DNA of 64,000 bases from an uncultured Pelagibacteraceae bacterium. Lineage in GTDB: Bacteria; Pseudomonadota; Alphaproteobacteria; Pelagibacterales; Pelagibacteraceae. The position numbers and the translations under genes were made by a program. The stretch lies in NCBI GenBank assembly GCA_902626575.1, contig CACOFY010000002.1:58207-122206 (forward strand), written 5' to 3'. The notes beneath the pieces were generated by a model. It had not been told where the DNA came from and did no database searches. It saw only the letters and a list, made by a program, of their open reading frames with translations. This document shows, piece by piece, positions 1 to 9,885 of this stretch. Position 1 is the first letter of the stretch. Each line of letters opens with the position of its first letter.

Positions 1-675
1 TTTTACAACTTCTGGATCAAGCTCATACCAATCAATTAAATTAAAACCTTTTGAAATTAATTCTCTTGCTACACCACCGTCTCCACCACCAATAATTGCT
101 GATTTATCTTTGTTTGAATTTAGTTTAATACCGGAATTAACGAAAGTTGAACTATATAGATGCTCGTCTCTTTCAGCTACCTGTAATTCATTGTCGATAA
201 ACAAAGATTTACCAAACTGCTCTAATTCTAGGATTTCGATATGTTGTCCTACCTTTGAGGTAAAATCCTCTAATACATTTTTAACCATATAATACTTTCT
301 TAATCCTTGTGAACTATAAATATCATCATAATAACTGACAGTATCTCTATTGAATTCTTTTTTGACTATACGTTTATGTTTAATATCTTTTTTTAATATA
401 TCTAATGCAACGATTGGATTTACTTTTCCACATGTAAAAAAATCAAAGCTAATTATACCTTTCTCAGGAAAGGTGTGAAAGCTAATATGGCTTTCAGCAA
501 GTAAAGCTACTAAAGTAAACCCTTGAGGCTCGAATTTAAATTTTGAAATTTCTAAAACAGTTACTTTCGCTTTTTTAGCAATTTTATAGACAAGTTTTTC
601 AAAAAATTTCGGCTCATACTCTTTTTCAGTACCAATTATATCAAGAGTAATATGCTCACCTACTTTTTTACCCAT
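1..675 (-). CDS. speD-speE: S-adenosylmethionine decarboxylase-spermidine synthase fusion, 5' part (runs off the window edge; not in the ORF track)
   Basis: Manual translation from ATG at 675 gives MGKKVGEHITLDIIG...GFTLVALLAESHISFHTFPE...FDFFTCG (AdoMetDC with E-SH self-cleavage site). It continues without a stop into QHIEILELEQFGKSLFIDNELQ...AIIGGGDGGVAREL...WYELDPEVV (spermidine synthase GGGDG motif). Confidence 0.92.
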   Translation of the reverse strand, partial: MGKKVGEHITLDIIGTEKEYEPKFFEKLVYKIAKKAKVTVLEISKFKFEPQGFTLVALLAESHISFHTFPEKGIISFDFFTCGKVNPIVALDILKKDIKHKRIVKKEFNRDTVSYYDDIYSSQGLRKYYMVKNVLEDFTSKVGQHIEILELEQFGKSLFIDNELQVAERDEHLYSSTFVNSGIKLNSNKDKSAIIGGGDGGVARELISKGFNLIDWYELDPEVVK

Positions 676-687
676 AATAAAAACCTT

Positions 688-1347
688 TTAATTCTTTTTA
701 TAATTTTTAGTTTTTTCTAAAATTTTATTCATTTCTTCAAATGAAAGAATCCTAGGATTTCCTAATTTTATTGTATTTATATATTGATGACAAATATTTT
801 CTATTTCTTCGGCCAATTCAAATGCTTGGTCCAAATTTTTCCCAAATGCAACCTGACCGTGGTTTGACATTAAACATCCTTTTCTTTCATTTAAAGCTTG
901 AATAATATTTTTTGAAAGTTGTTTAGTACCAAAAGTTGCATAATCTGCGCACTTAATGTCGTCTCCACCAGCTAAAGCAACCATATAATGAAATGCAGGT
1001 ATATTTTTTCCATGAGCAGATACTGCAGTAGCATAAGGCGAGTGAGCATGTACTATCGCTATCGCATCTGGTTTATTTATATAAATATCTTGATGAAATT
1101 TCCACTCCGAGGATGGGTTTAGTCCGTGATCTATGATTTTTTGTTCATTTTTTTTTTCATCCATCTCAAGAAAAACAATTTTATCTTCCTGTAGATCATT
1201 GTATTTTATACCTGAAGGTGTAATGAAGAAACCTTCTTTACCACTTAAATCTGTTCTAACAGAAACATTTCCTGATCTTAAAGGTGAGAGATTTGTATCA
1301 TTAAGTTTTTTTGCATATTTAATAACCTCTAGTTTTAAATTACTCAT
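688..1347 (-). CDS. ald2: Class II (FucA-like) aldolase, probable 5-methylthio/5-deoxy-ribulose-1-phosphate aldolase
   Basis: GNVS, PSSE, HAHS, HYM and NHG motifs of FucA-type aldolases; co-oriented with mtnP and mtnA. Confidence 0.75.
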   Translation of the reverse strand: MSNLKLEVIKYAKKLNDTNLSPLRSGNVSVRTDLSGKEGFFITPSGIKYNDLQEDKIVFLEMDEKKNEQKIIDHGLNPSSEWKFHQDIYINKPDAIAIVHAHSPYATAVSAHGKNIPAFHYMVALAGGDDIKCADYATFGTKQLSKNIIQALNERKGCLMSNHGQVAFGKNLDQAFELAEEIENICHQYINTIKLGNPRILSFEEMNKILEKTKNYKKN

Positions 1348-1550
1348 TATTTTCCGAGTTTTTTATTTATCTCATTTTCACAAAAAGTTTTGATGTCCTC
1401 AATATTTTTATCTTTATTAATTCTTTTTTGTGCAATTATGCAAGCCTTCATGGACTTTTCAAGACTGAACGAGCCATATTCTATTCTTGAGACATAAAGC
1501 ATTAAAAATGCAATAATTAAAAATAATATTAAGTATAAATTTTTTTTCAT
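1347..1550 (-). CDS. Small single-pass membrane protein with two Cys
   Basis: 67 aa with an N-terminal hydrophobic helix; 1-nt stop/start overlaps with both neighbours. Confidence 0.75.
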   Translation of the reverse strand: MKKNLYLILFLIIAFLMLYVSRIEYGSFSLEKSMKACIIAQKRINKDKNIEDIKTFCENEINKKLGK

Positions 1551-2617
1551 TAAAATAATTTTTTTAAACCATCCTTAGATGCTTCACAAATTCCTCTTTC
1601 TGTAATTAAACCTGTCACATATTTTGCAGGCGTTATATCAAAAGCAAGATTTAATGCTTTGCTTTTTTTTGGATATATTTGTATTTTCTTTATATCATCT
1701 TTTTCATCTAAACCTTCAATATGAGATAATTCATCTGAATTTCTCTCCTCTATTGGAATATCTTTGTGATCTTTAATATTCCAATCAATAGTTGAACTTG
1801 GAAGAGTTACATAGAAAGGAACTTTATTATCATGTGCTGCGAGTGCTTTCAAATAAGTTCCAATTTTATTGCACACATCCCCGTTTGCTAAGGTTCTGTC
1901 AGTTCCAACTATACAAATATCAACTTCACCTCTTTGCATTAAAATTCCACCTGTATTATCTGCAATTATTGTATTTTTAATTCCTTCTTCGTTTAATTCG
2001 TAAGATGTTAGATTTGCTCCTTGATTTCTTGGTCTTGTTTCGTCAACCCAAACATGAACTGGAATTCCTTTTTTATGTGCATGATATATTGGAGAAGTTG
2101 CGGTACCCCAATTTATTGTTGCTAGCCAACCTGCGTTACAATGAGTTAAAATGTTTATAGTATCTTTTTTTTTATTATGAATTTCTTCAATTATTTTAAG
2201 ACCATTTAAACCTATATTTTTGCAAAACTTTATATCTTCTTCACAAATTTCTTTTGCTTCATTTGATGCAATATGTAAAATTTTGTCACTATTTACACCT
2301 CTAAGTTTATTCATCATTCTGTCTACCGCCCACTTTAAATTAATTGCTGTTGGTCTTGATTTAATTAAATCCTCAGAAGATTTTTTTAAAAAATTTTGGT
2401 CATTTTTTTCAATTATTGCTAGTACAAGTCCGTAAGCAGCCGTTGCTCCAATTAAAGGGGCACCTCTGACTTCCATTCTGGTAATTGCATTTATTGCATC
2501 TTTGACTGTTATTAGGTCTTTAATAACAAATTGATGTGGAAGTTTTGTTTGATCAATAATTTTTACTACGTTGTTTTCAAACCATATTGTACGATATTCT
2601 TTACCTTCAATTTTCAT
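1550..2617 (-). CDS. mtnA: Methylthioribose-1-phosphate isomerase
   Basis: VRGAP, SRPTAINL, LTHCNAG, DETRP, NKIGT motifs. Confidence 0.96.
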   Translation of the reverse strand: MKIEGKEYRTIWFENNVVKIIDQTKLPHQFVIKDLITVKDAINAITRMEVRGAPLIGATAAYGLVLAIIEKNDQNFLKKSSEDLIKSRPTAINLKWAVDRMMNKLRGVNSDKILHIASNEAKEICEEDIKFCKNIGLNGLKIIEEIHNKKKDTINILTHCNAGWLATINWGTATSPIYHAHKKGIPVHVWVDETRPRNQGANLTSYELNEEGIKNTIIADNTGGILMQRGEVDICIVGTDRTLANGDVCNKIGTYLKALAAHDNKVPFYVTLPSSTIDWNIKDHKDIPIEERNSDELSHIEGLDEKDDIKKIQIYPKKSKALNLAFDITPAKYVTGLITERGICEASKDGLKKLF

Positions 2618-3483
2618 TTAATTAAAACTCTTCCGGCAACTGTTTTGAGTTTATCTATAGTTTTTTGTGTTCTTTTTTTTGGAGCTGTAATTATAGCTAC
2701 ATCTAAACAATTATTAGTCGGATCTTTAGGGTCAATATGAACTTCAAAATTTTCAATTAAATTTTTAATCATATTTTTTGCTTTTTCGGCATTACCTTTA
2801 AGCACCTTAATGACTTTTTGAACATCTACATTTTCATGTTCAGGGTGCCAACAATCATAATCTGTAACCATCGAAACTGATGCATACCTTATCTCTGCTT
2901 CTCTAGCTAGTTTTGCCTCAGGCATATTGGTCATTCCAATTACATCTGCTTTCCAAGATCTATACAAGTTTGATTCTGCAAGTGTTGAAAATTGTGGTCC
3001 CTCCATAACAACATAAGTGCCTCCTCTTTGATAATCAATTTTACTTTTTTTAATAGCTTCTTCACATGCTTTCATTAAACCTTTAGAAGTTGGGTGAGCC
3101 ATAGAAACATGAGCAACTATTTCATCATCAAAAAAAGTTTTATTTCTGGCAAAAGTTCTATCAATGAATTGATCTACAATAACAAATTTTCCAGGTGAAA
3201 GATTCTCTTTTAAAGAACCTACTGCAGAAATTGAAACTATATCGGTCACACCAAGCTGTTTTAGTGCATCTATATTTGCTCTAAAATTAATTTTTGACGG
3301 AGAAATAAAATGACCTCTTCCATGACGTGGTAAAAAAAATACTTCTTTTTTTTTAAAAACTGTTTTTAAAATTTGATCTGAGGGAGAGCCCCATGGGGTT
3401 TTTATATTAAGTAATTCTCTTTCCTTAAATTCCTCAACATCATAAAGACCACTTCCTCCAATTATTGCTAATTTGTTTGTCAT
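2614..3483 (-). CDS. mtnP: 5'-methylthioadenosine phosphorylase
   Basis: IIGGSG, PRHG, MEGPQFST, GMTNMPE, TDYDCW motifs. Confidence 0.96.
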   Translation of the reverse strand: MTNKLAIIGGSGLYDVEEFKERELLNIKTPWGSPSDQILKTVFKKKEVFFLPRHGRGHFISPSKINFRANIDALKQLGVTDIVSISAVGSLKENLSPGKFVIVDQFIDRTFARNKTFFDDEIVAHVSMAHPTSKGLMKACEEAIKKSKIDYQRGGTYVVMEGPQFSTLAESNLYRSWKADVIGMTNMPEAKLAREAEIRYASVSMVTDYDCWHPEHENVDVQKVIKVLKGNAEKAKNMIKNLIENFEVHIDPKDPTNNCLDVAIITAPKKRTQKTIDKLKTVAGRVLIK

Positions 3484-3523
3484 ATTATTTAAAATGATTT
3501 AATTATTTATAACTTAAAAAATT

Positions 3524-4051
3524 ATGGATTTAAAAGATTATATTAGATCAATTCCTGACTATCCTAAAAAGGGAATTTTGTTTCGTGATATCACCACTTT
3601 AATAAAAAATGCAGATGCCTTTAAAGAAACAATAAATCAAATTGTTGATAGATCAAAAGATTTAAATATAGATAAGATAGCTGCAATTGAGTCTAGGGGA
3701 TTTGTATTTGCCTCTGCAGTTTCATACATACTAAACAAACCATTTATTATGCTTAGAAAAAAAAATAAACTCCCTGCAGAAACTTTCGCAATAGATTTTG
3801 AGCTAGAGTATGGAACTGCAACTATTGAGGTTCATAAAGACTCTATAACTAAAAATGATTCTGTCTTAATTATTGATGATTTAATTGCAACCGGAGGAAC
3901 TGCAGAGGGTGCTGCAAAATTAGTAGAAATGTCTGGAGGAAATGTTGCTGGTTTTATATTTGTTATAAATCTCTTTGATTTAGGAGGTTGTGATAAACTT
4001 AAAAGATCAAACTACAAAGTTGAAAATTTGATAGAATTTCCAGGCCACTAA
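3524..4051 (+). CDS. apt: Adenine phosphoribosyltransferase
   Basis: PDYPKKGILFRDIT, IESRGF, LEYG, IIDDLIATGGT. Confidence 0.97.
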   Translation: MDLKDYIRSIPDYPKKGILFRDITTLIKNADAFKETINQIVDRSKDLNIDKIAAIESRGFVFASAVSYILNKPFIMLRKKNKLPAETFAIDFELEYGTATIEVHKDSITKNDSVLIIDDLIATGGTAEGAAKLVEMSGGNVAGFIFVINLFDLGGCDKLKRSNYKVENLIEFPGH

Positions 4052-4939
4052 ATGCTCAAAAAAATTTTTCAAAAGTTATTTTATAACAAAAATGATTACA
4101 GAAAATCATCTCAATTTGAAAAATATGAAAAAAAATACAAAAAAATAATTCATGATATTGATTTTGCTATAAAACAAAACAAAGAATTAAATTTTTTACA
4201 CTCGGGCCATTGTGGCGATTTAATTTACTCTTTTGCGGTAATTAAAAAATTATCTTTAACACATAAATGCAATTTTTATATTGGTTTAAATAAGACAAAT
4301 ACCAGTTATTATGAAAAACATCCGTCAGGAAATATTTTTATAAATGATAGGATGTTTAATTTATTATTACCTTTACTAAAAAAACAAAATTTTTTGAATT
4401 TAGCGAAAAAACATGAAAATGAGAAAATAGATGTAAATTTAGATTTATTTAGAGAGCTTCCAATAAATTATGTATTCAATTCACCTCGTTGGTATTTTCA
4501 AATTACTGGTGAACAGGTTGATTTGAGTATGCCTTATTTAGATGCAGAGGAACATCCTAAAGTAAAGAATAAGATTATAATACATAGAACTTTTAGATTT
4601 AGAAATAATTTTATTAATTATAAATTTTTAAGAGACTCAAAAGAATTGTTGTTTATTGGTCTTGAGGATGAATTCAATGATTTAAAAAAAGATGTCCCTA
4701 ATTTAGAACTTTATAATCCGAAAGATTTTTACGAGGTTGCTCAGCTAATTAAATCATGTAAATTTTTTATTGGTAATATGTCTGTGTTCTATCCAATTGC
4801 TGAGGCACTTAAAGTCCCAAGATTGTTGGAGGCTTGTCCTGACTTTCCTGTAGTACAGCCTGTTGGAAAAGAGGGTTATGACTTCTATTTTCAACCACAT
4901 TTCGAAAAGTGGTTTTCCTATTTAAATAATAAATTTTAA
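4052..4939 (+). CDS. Putative glycosyltransferase, GT9/heptosyltransferase-like
   Basis: SGHCGDLIYS N-terminal motif and AQLIKSCKFFIGNMS...IAEALKVP C-terminal motif; glycan-locus context. Confidence 0.6.
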   Translation: MLKKIFQKLFYNKNDYRKSSQFEKYEKKYKKIIHDIDFAIKQNKELNFLHSGHCGDLIYSFAVIKKLSLTHKCNFYIGLNKTNTSYYEKHPSGNIFINDRMFNLLLPLLKKQNFLNLAKKHENEKIDVNLDLFRELPINYVFNSPRWYFQITGEQVDLSMPYLDAEEHPKVKNKIIIHRTFRFRNNFINYKFLRDSKELLFIGLEDEFNDLKKDVPNLELYNPKDFYEVAQLIKSCKFFIGNMSVFYPIAEALKVPRLLEACPDFPVVQPVGKEGYDFYFQPHFEKWFSYLNNKF

Positions 4940-5781
4940 TTATTTAATCTAAAAAAAGATTTATTTCCTAAAATCGAGTTTAATAAACCAGAAACTCTCA
5001 TTTGGTATATTTTTTTTTTATGATGATTGAATGTAATTAAATAAAATATAAATTTAAATGAATATGAAAAAAGATTTAAAAAAATTTTGAAAAATGCATT
5101 AAAAAAACCATAGTGTTTTTTGTTAAAATAAAATTTTGACCACATCCAATGCCAATTTCTCAAATATTCTAAATTATGTTTTTTTGAAATACCACCAGCA
5201 TGATTAATTAACGAATTTTTAATAATATAAATATTTTCGTTTTTATTTTTAACCCGTAGGCACAAATCGTCATTTTCTAAATATAAAAAAAAATTTTCAT
5301 CAAAGAAATTTTGATCACTAAATTTTTCCAAATTAATTAACATTGAAAAACCATCTAATCTATCAACAGATAGTATATTCTTATTTTTGTCGTATGAATT
5401 ATTTTTTTTATAATTTGGATAATTTGGATCATCATTTAATGGTGAAGCAATACTGAAATCGGAAACCTGATTTAGACCATTTATTAAATTTTTGATTGTA
5501 TTTTCATTTAATTTTGTATCAGGATTTAAAACGTAGGCATATTTAGTTTTACATGCTTTAAGGCCGATATTATTTCCAGCACCCATTCCAATATTTTCAG
5601 AAAGTATTACCTCAATATTGTCATATTTGAGTTTTAAATCTTTCCCAAAATTAATATTATTTGAGTTTTCAATTATGATTTTTTTAGAATCACTTGGAAG
5701 TGTGTTTAAACAATCTTGAATGATAGACTCACTTTTGTATGTAACAATTACAAATGTTATTTCGCTTAAATTCAAATTCAT
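4936..5781 (-). CDS. Glycosyltransferase family 2 (rhamnosyltransferase-like)
   Basis: FVIVTY, IIIENS, NIGMGAGNNIG, LNPD, FDENFFLYLENDDLC. Confidence 0.9.
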   Translation of the reverse strand: MNLNLSEITFVIVTYKSESIIQDCLNTLPSDSKKIIIENSNNINFGKDLKLKYDNIEVILSENIGMGAGNNIGLKACKTKYAYVLNPDTKLNENTIKNLINGLNQVSDFSIASPLNDDPNYPNYKKNNSYDKNKNILSVDRLDGFSMLINLEKFSDQNFFDENFFLYLENDDLCLRVKNKNENIYIIKNSLINHAGGISKKHNLEYLRNWHWMWSKFYFNKKHYGFFNAFFKIFLNLFSYSFKFIFYLITFNHHKKKIYQMRVSGLLNSILGNKSFFRLNN

Positions 5782-5829
5782 TAATTAAAAATAAGTATAC
5801 TTAAATAGACTATTGTTGTAAAAAAAATT

Positions 5830-6855
5830 ATGAAAAAGATTGTAGTTACTGGTGGCTTAGGGTTTATTGGGAGCAATCTAATAAAGTTACTTTTATCTAA
5901 AAAATATTATGTAATAAATATAGACAAAGTAAGCTACTCATCTAATTTTTACAATGTTAAAGAATTTCGAAGTTCAAAGAAATATAAATTTATTAAAGCA
6001 GATTTAAATAATCAAAATAAAATTTTAAAAGTGGTTAATAAATATCAACCGAATGCAGTATTTAATCTTGCGGCAGAGACTCACGTTGATAGGTCAATTG
6101 ATGGACCAGAAACATTCATAAAAAATAATATTTATGGAGTTTTTAATTTATTACAAACTTTTAGAAAACATGTTTTAAAAAATAAAAACTGCAAGTTAAT
6201 TCATATTTCTACTGATGAAGTTTATGGTGATGTTTTATTTGGTAGATCAAAAGAAAGTGATGCTTACAAACCTAGCTCACCATACGCTGCTTCTAAAGCT
6301 TCGTCGGATCATCTTGTGTATTCTTATATCAGAACTTATAAACTACCTGCTATCATTACTAATTGTTCTAATAATTATGGTCCGAGACAACATCCTGAAA
6401 AACTCATACCTAAATTAATTTATAATATTTTTAATAATAAAAGTTTACCTATTTATGGAAAAGGTCTCAACTCTAGAGAATGGATTTATGTCGATGATCA
6501 TTGTGAAGCTCTAATTAAAATTTTAGAAAAAGGCCAAATAGGAAATTTTTATAATATTGGTTCAAATATAAATTTAAATAATTTAAAAATTACAAAAAGT
6601 TTATTAAAAATTGCAAAAGATAAAATTAAAATTGGAAAAAATGTAAAAATTAAATTTATTAAAGATAGGCCTGGTCATGATATTAGATACGCTCTAAATA
6701 GTAGTAAATTAATCAAAACTTTAAAATGGAAACCTAAAATTAATATCTCCCAAGGGCTTGCTAGTACTTTTGATTGGTATTTAAAAAATCCAGGTTATTA
6801 TTCAAAATTGAAAAAGAAAGATATAATCAAAAGATTTGGAAATAAATATAAATGA
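5830..6855 (+). CDS. rfbB: dTDP-glucose 4,6-dehydratase
   Basis: TGGLGFIG, AAETHVDRS, STDEVYG, PYAASK, DRPGHD. Confidence 0.97.
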   Translation: MKKIVVTGGLGFIGSNLIKLLLSKKYYVINIDKVSYSSNFYNVKEFRSSKKYKFIKADLNNQNKILKVVNKYQPNAVFNLAAETHVDRSIDGPETFIKNNIYGVFNLLQTFRKHVLKNKNCKLIHISTDEVYGDVLFGRSKESDAYKPSSPYAASKASSDHLVYSYIRTYKLPAIITNCSNNYGPRQHPEKLIPKLIYNIFNNKSLPIYGKGLNSREWIYVDDHCEALIKILEKGQIGNFYNIGSNINLNNLKITKSLLKIAKDKIKIGKNVKIKFIKDRPGHDIRYALNSSKLIKTLKWKPKINISQGLASTFDWYLKNPGYYSKLKKKDIIKRFGNKYK

Positions 6856-7718
6856 TAAAAAAAGGAATAATACTTTCTGGGGGTAAAGGAACAAGAATGA
6901 GTCCTTTAACTAAAGCCGTAAATAAACAATTATTGCCAATTTATGATAAGCCTCTAATTTTTTATCCACTATCAATCTTAATGTTAGCTAACATAAAAGA
7001 TATATTGATAATTGTTAATAAAGGTCAATTAAACCAATATAAAAAAATAATCCCAAATGGTGATAATCTAGGAATAAAAATAACTTATAAAGAACAAGCA
7101 TCTCCACGTGGGCTTCCAGATGCTTTTATACTTGGAGAAAAATTCATTGATAAAGAAAATGTTGCATTGATATTGGGAGATAATTTTTTTTATGGTCAAA
7201 GCCTTACGGATCAACTTTTAAATAATACAAAATTAAAAAAAGGTGCAAAAATAATATTGCATAAAGTAATTAAACCAGAACTTTATGGTGTGGCGAAAGT
7301 TGGTTATAAAAACAAAGTAATTATGATTAAAGAAAAACCAAAAAAATATTTGTCTGACCTTGCAATAACAGGACTTTACTTTTTTGATAACAAAGTAATT
7401 GATTACGCAAAAAAACTAAAACCTTCTAAACGTGGTGAAATAGAAATTGTTGATTTAATAAATAAATATAAAAAAAATAATAAATTATCTGCAGATATAA
7501 TAGGGCGAGGTGGAGCTTGGTTAGATACGGGTTCTATTGAGGATTTTTATAAAACAAGTGCTTTCGTATCTGCTATAGAAAATAGACAAGGTTTCAAAAT
7601 TGCCTGTTTAGAGGAAATTGCACTTAATAAGAAATGGATATCTAAAAAAAATATTATTAATTCAATTAAATTTTATGGAAATTGTGATTATTCAAACTAC
7701 CTCAAAAAATTAATTTAA
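6852..7718 (+). CDS. rfbA: Glucose-1-phosphate thymidylyltransferase
   Basis: GIILSGGKGTR, KQLLPIYDKP, LGDN, EKP, WLDTG. Confidence 0.96.
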   Translation: MIKKGIILSGGKGTRMSPLTKAVNKQLLPIYDKPLIFYPLSILMLANIKDILIIVNKGQLNQYKKIIPNGDNLGIKITYKEQASPRGLPDAFILGEKFIDKENVALILGDNFFYGQSLTDQLLNNTKLKKGAKIILHKVIKPELYGVAKVGYKNKVIMIKEKPKKYLSDLAITGLYFFDNKVIDYAKKLKPSKRGEIEIVDLINKYKKNNKLSADIIGRGGAWLDTGSIEDFYKTSAFVSAIENRQGFKIACLEEIALNKKWISKKNIINSIKFYGNCDYSNYLKKLI

Positions 7719-8428
7719 TGTCAAAAAAATCATTTCAGTATGAAAGTATCCAAGCAGGGTATTATGACTATATATTTCACAAAAAAAAAGGCATTAGGAG
7801 TGCATGGCACCATTCAAAATTTAAATTTGTAAAAGAAAATATTGATCAAAAAAATATACATTTAGATATAGCTTGCGGTCCTGGAACTTTTTTATCTTTA
7901 CTAAAAAATAAAAAATCCTTCGGTGTTGATATATCAAAAAGTCAGATTAATTATGCTCAAAAAAAGTATGGATCAAAAAAGAAAAAGTTTATTGTTTTGA
8001 AAAAAAAATTGCCTTTCAAGAAAAATTCGCTGGACTCAATTTCGCTAATTGAATTAATTGAACATCTGCCCCTTAAAAAAATACAAAAAATATTGGATGA
8101 CGCGTTTTATTGCTTAAAAAAAAATGGTGAAATCTATATAACTACTCCAAATTATTTGTCTCTTTGGCCAATTCTTGAAATAATTTTAAATTTTATATCC
8201 AGTGTAAGTTATGAAGATCAACATATTACAAAATTTAATAAGTTTAATATAAAAAAAATTGTGGATAAAAAGAAATTCAAAATTATTTCTATTAAGAGTT
8301 TTATTTTATTAGGTCCATTTTTATCTTTCTTTTCATTTAATTTTTATAAAAAATTTTCGTTTATTGATAAAATATTAACTTATATTTTTCCTGGTAACTT
8401 AATTTTTTTAAAAATAAAAAAATTGTAA
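7718..8428 (+). CDS. Class I SAM-dependent methyltransferase (glycan-locus type)
   Basis: LDIACGPG motif I, GVDIS, ELIEH, TTPN. Confidence 0.88.
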   Translation: MSKKSFQYESIQAGYYDYIFHKKKGIRSAWHHSKFKFVKENIDQKNIHLDIACGPGTFLSLLKNKKSFGVDISKSQINYAQKKYGSKKKKFIVLKKKLPFKKNSLDSISLIELIEHLPLKKIQKILDDAFYCLKKNGEIYITTPNYLSLWPILEIILNFISSVSYEDQHITKFNKFNIKKIVDKKKFKIISIKSFILLGPFLSFFSFNFYKKFSFIDKILTYIFPGNLIFLKIKKL

Positions 8429-9885
8429 TGTTTGATAATAAAAAATTTAGTTTAAAAATATTTTTAATATTATTTATATTTATATTTGCTGCAATCATTA
8501 GATTTTATAATATAAATTATGAAGATTTTTGGACAGATGAAATATTTGCCTTTTTTACATCAGAACCAAATATATCTTTTAAGGAAACATTAATAAGAAC
8601 ACTAGATACTAATTTTAATTCTCTTTTTGATTTTTTATTAAAAGAATTTCATTCTTTATTTGGTTATGACGTTCATCTTTCTAGATTTTTTTCTTTAATA
8701 CTAAGTTTTTTAACTTTGTTAGTATTTGCTGCTTTATTATATAAAATATCAAGTTACCCATCACTAGTTTTTGGTTTTTATGTTTTATCAATTAATATAT
8801 TTCATATCAGATATTCTACAGAGGTAAGATCTTATATTCTCACTTTTTTATTAGTTTTAATTTTTATTTATTTAAATTTTAAAAATAAAAACAGTGAACA
8901 CGAAATAAATATTAAAAGATTATCGGCAATCATTTTTGTATCAATTCTTATGTTGATCAGTCATGCTTTTACATTATTGGTTTTAGGTTCTTTGATTTTA
9001 TTTAAATTGATCAAAACTTTAAAAACAAGGAAAATAAATTTTTTTGAAATTTATTTAATAATAGGACTAACTTTAGTAAGTATGCTTTATCTGTTTGTTT
9101 ATTTACCTATAAACATGCAATATGCAGATCAATTGGTTGGAATTTCTCCACACTGGATCAAACAAGTTAAACCAAGTTTTTACACTAACTATTTTTTTTC
9201 ACAATATTTTGGATCAAGAATACTTGGTTTAATTTATCTTTTGATTTTAATATACTTAGTCGTAAAATTTAGAAACACTTTATATAAAAATTATAATATT
9301 TACTCTTTCTTTGTAATTTTAATTTTTTTCTCTTATTTTATTCCTTTGCTTTATGGATATCTGTTTGGACCAATTTTAATAAGTCGTTATATAATGTTTG
9401 TTTTAATACCAATAGTTTGCCTTATATCTCATCTTATATTCTTGATTAATAATAAGTTTATAAAATACTTTTTAATAATTTTAATTTGCTTAACAACTAC
9501 AATTAATCATGTCTTTTTTGAAAATACATTCAAACAATTTTATACAAATATTAATTATACGAAACCGCAAATAAAAGATGCTTTAAATGCTATAAATAAT
9601 TCTAATGTAAAATTTCTTACTGTTAAAACAAAGTATGCGAAAGAAAAAAATTTAAACGAATCATATGAAAATTATATTAAAAAGTATTTAGAAAAATTAA
9701 AATATGAATTAAATTTCGTGAATTATAGCAATGATAATATGCCAAGAAAATTTTGGGTAATTGATATTAGAGATGCGTATAAAGATGACATGATTTTAGA
9801 GGGGAATTTAAAAAATTATGAAATTGTAAAAAAATTATATTTTAATAGTTTAGAACTTTTTTTATTAGTAACTAAAAACTATTAA
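8428..9885 (+). CDS. Polytopic GT-C (ArnT/PMT-like) glycosyltransferase
   Basis: FWTDE motif after the first TM helix, EVRSY motif, about 10-12 hydrophobic segments and a C-terminal soluble domain. Confidence 0.8.
   Translation: MFDNKKFSLKIFLILFIFIFAAIIRFYNINYEDFWTDEIFAFFTSEPNISFKETLIRTLDTNFNSLFDFLLKEFHSLFGYDVHLSRFFSLILSFLTLLVFAALLYKISSYPSLVFGFYVLSINIFHIRYSTEVRSYILTFLLVLIFIYLNFKNKNSEHEINIKRLSAIIFVSILMLISHAFTLLVLGSLILFKLIKTLKTRKINFFEIYLIIGLTLVSMLYLFVYLPINMQYADQLVGISPHWIKQVKPSFYTNYFFSQYFGSRILGLIYLLILIYLVVKFRNTLYKNYNIYSFFVILIFFSYFIPLLYGYLFGPILISRYIMFVLIPIVCLISHLIFLINNKFIKYFLIILICLTTTINHVFFENTFKQFYTNINYTKPQIKDALNAINNSNVKFLTVKTKYAKEKNLNESYENYIKKYLEKLKYELNFVNYSNDNMPRKFWVIDIRDAYKDDMILEGNLKNYEIVKKLYFNSLELFLLVTKNY

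Noticed and set aside
688-1347. Annotation as MtnB dehydratase or a fucose-pathway FucA
   Set aside because: Motifs are FucA-type rather than MtnB-type, and no fucose genes are adjacent, whereas mtnP and mtnA are.
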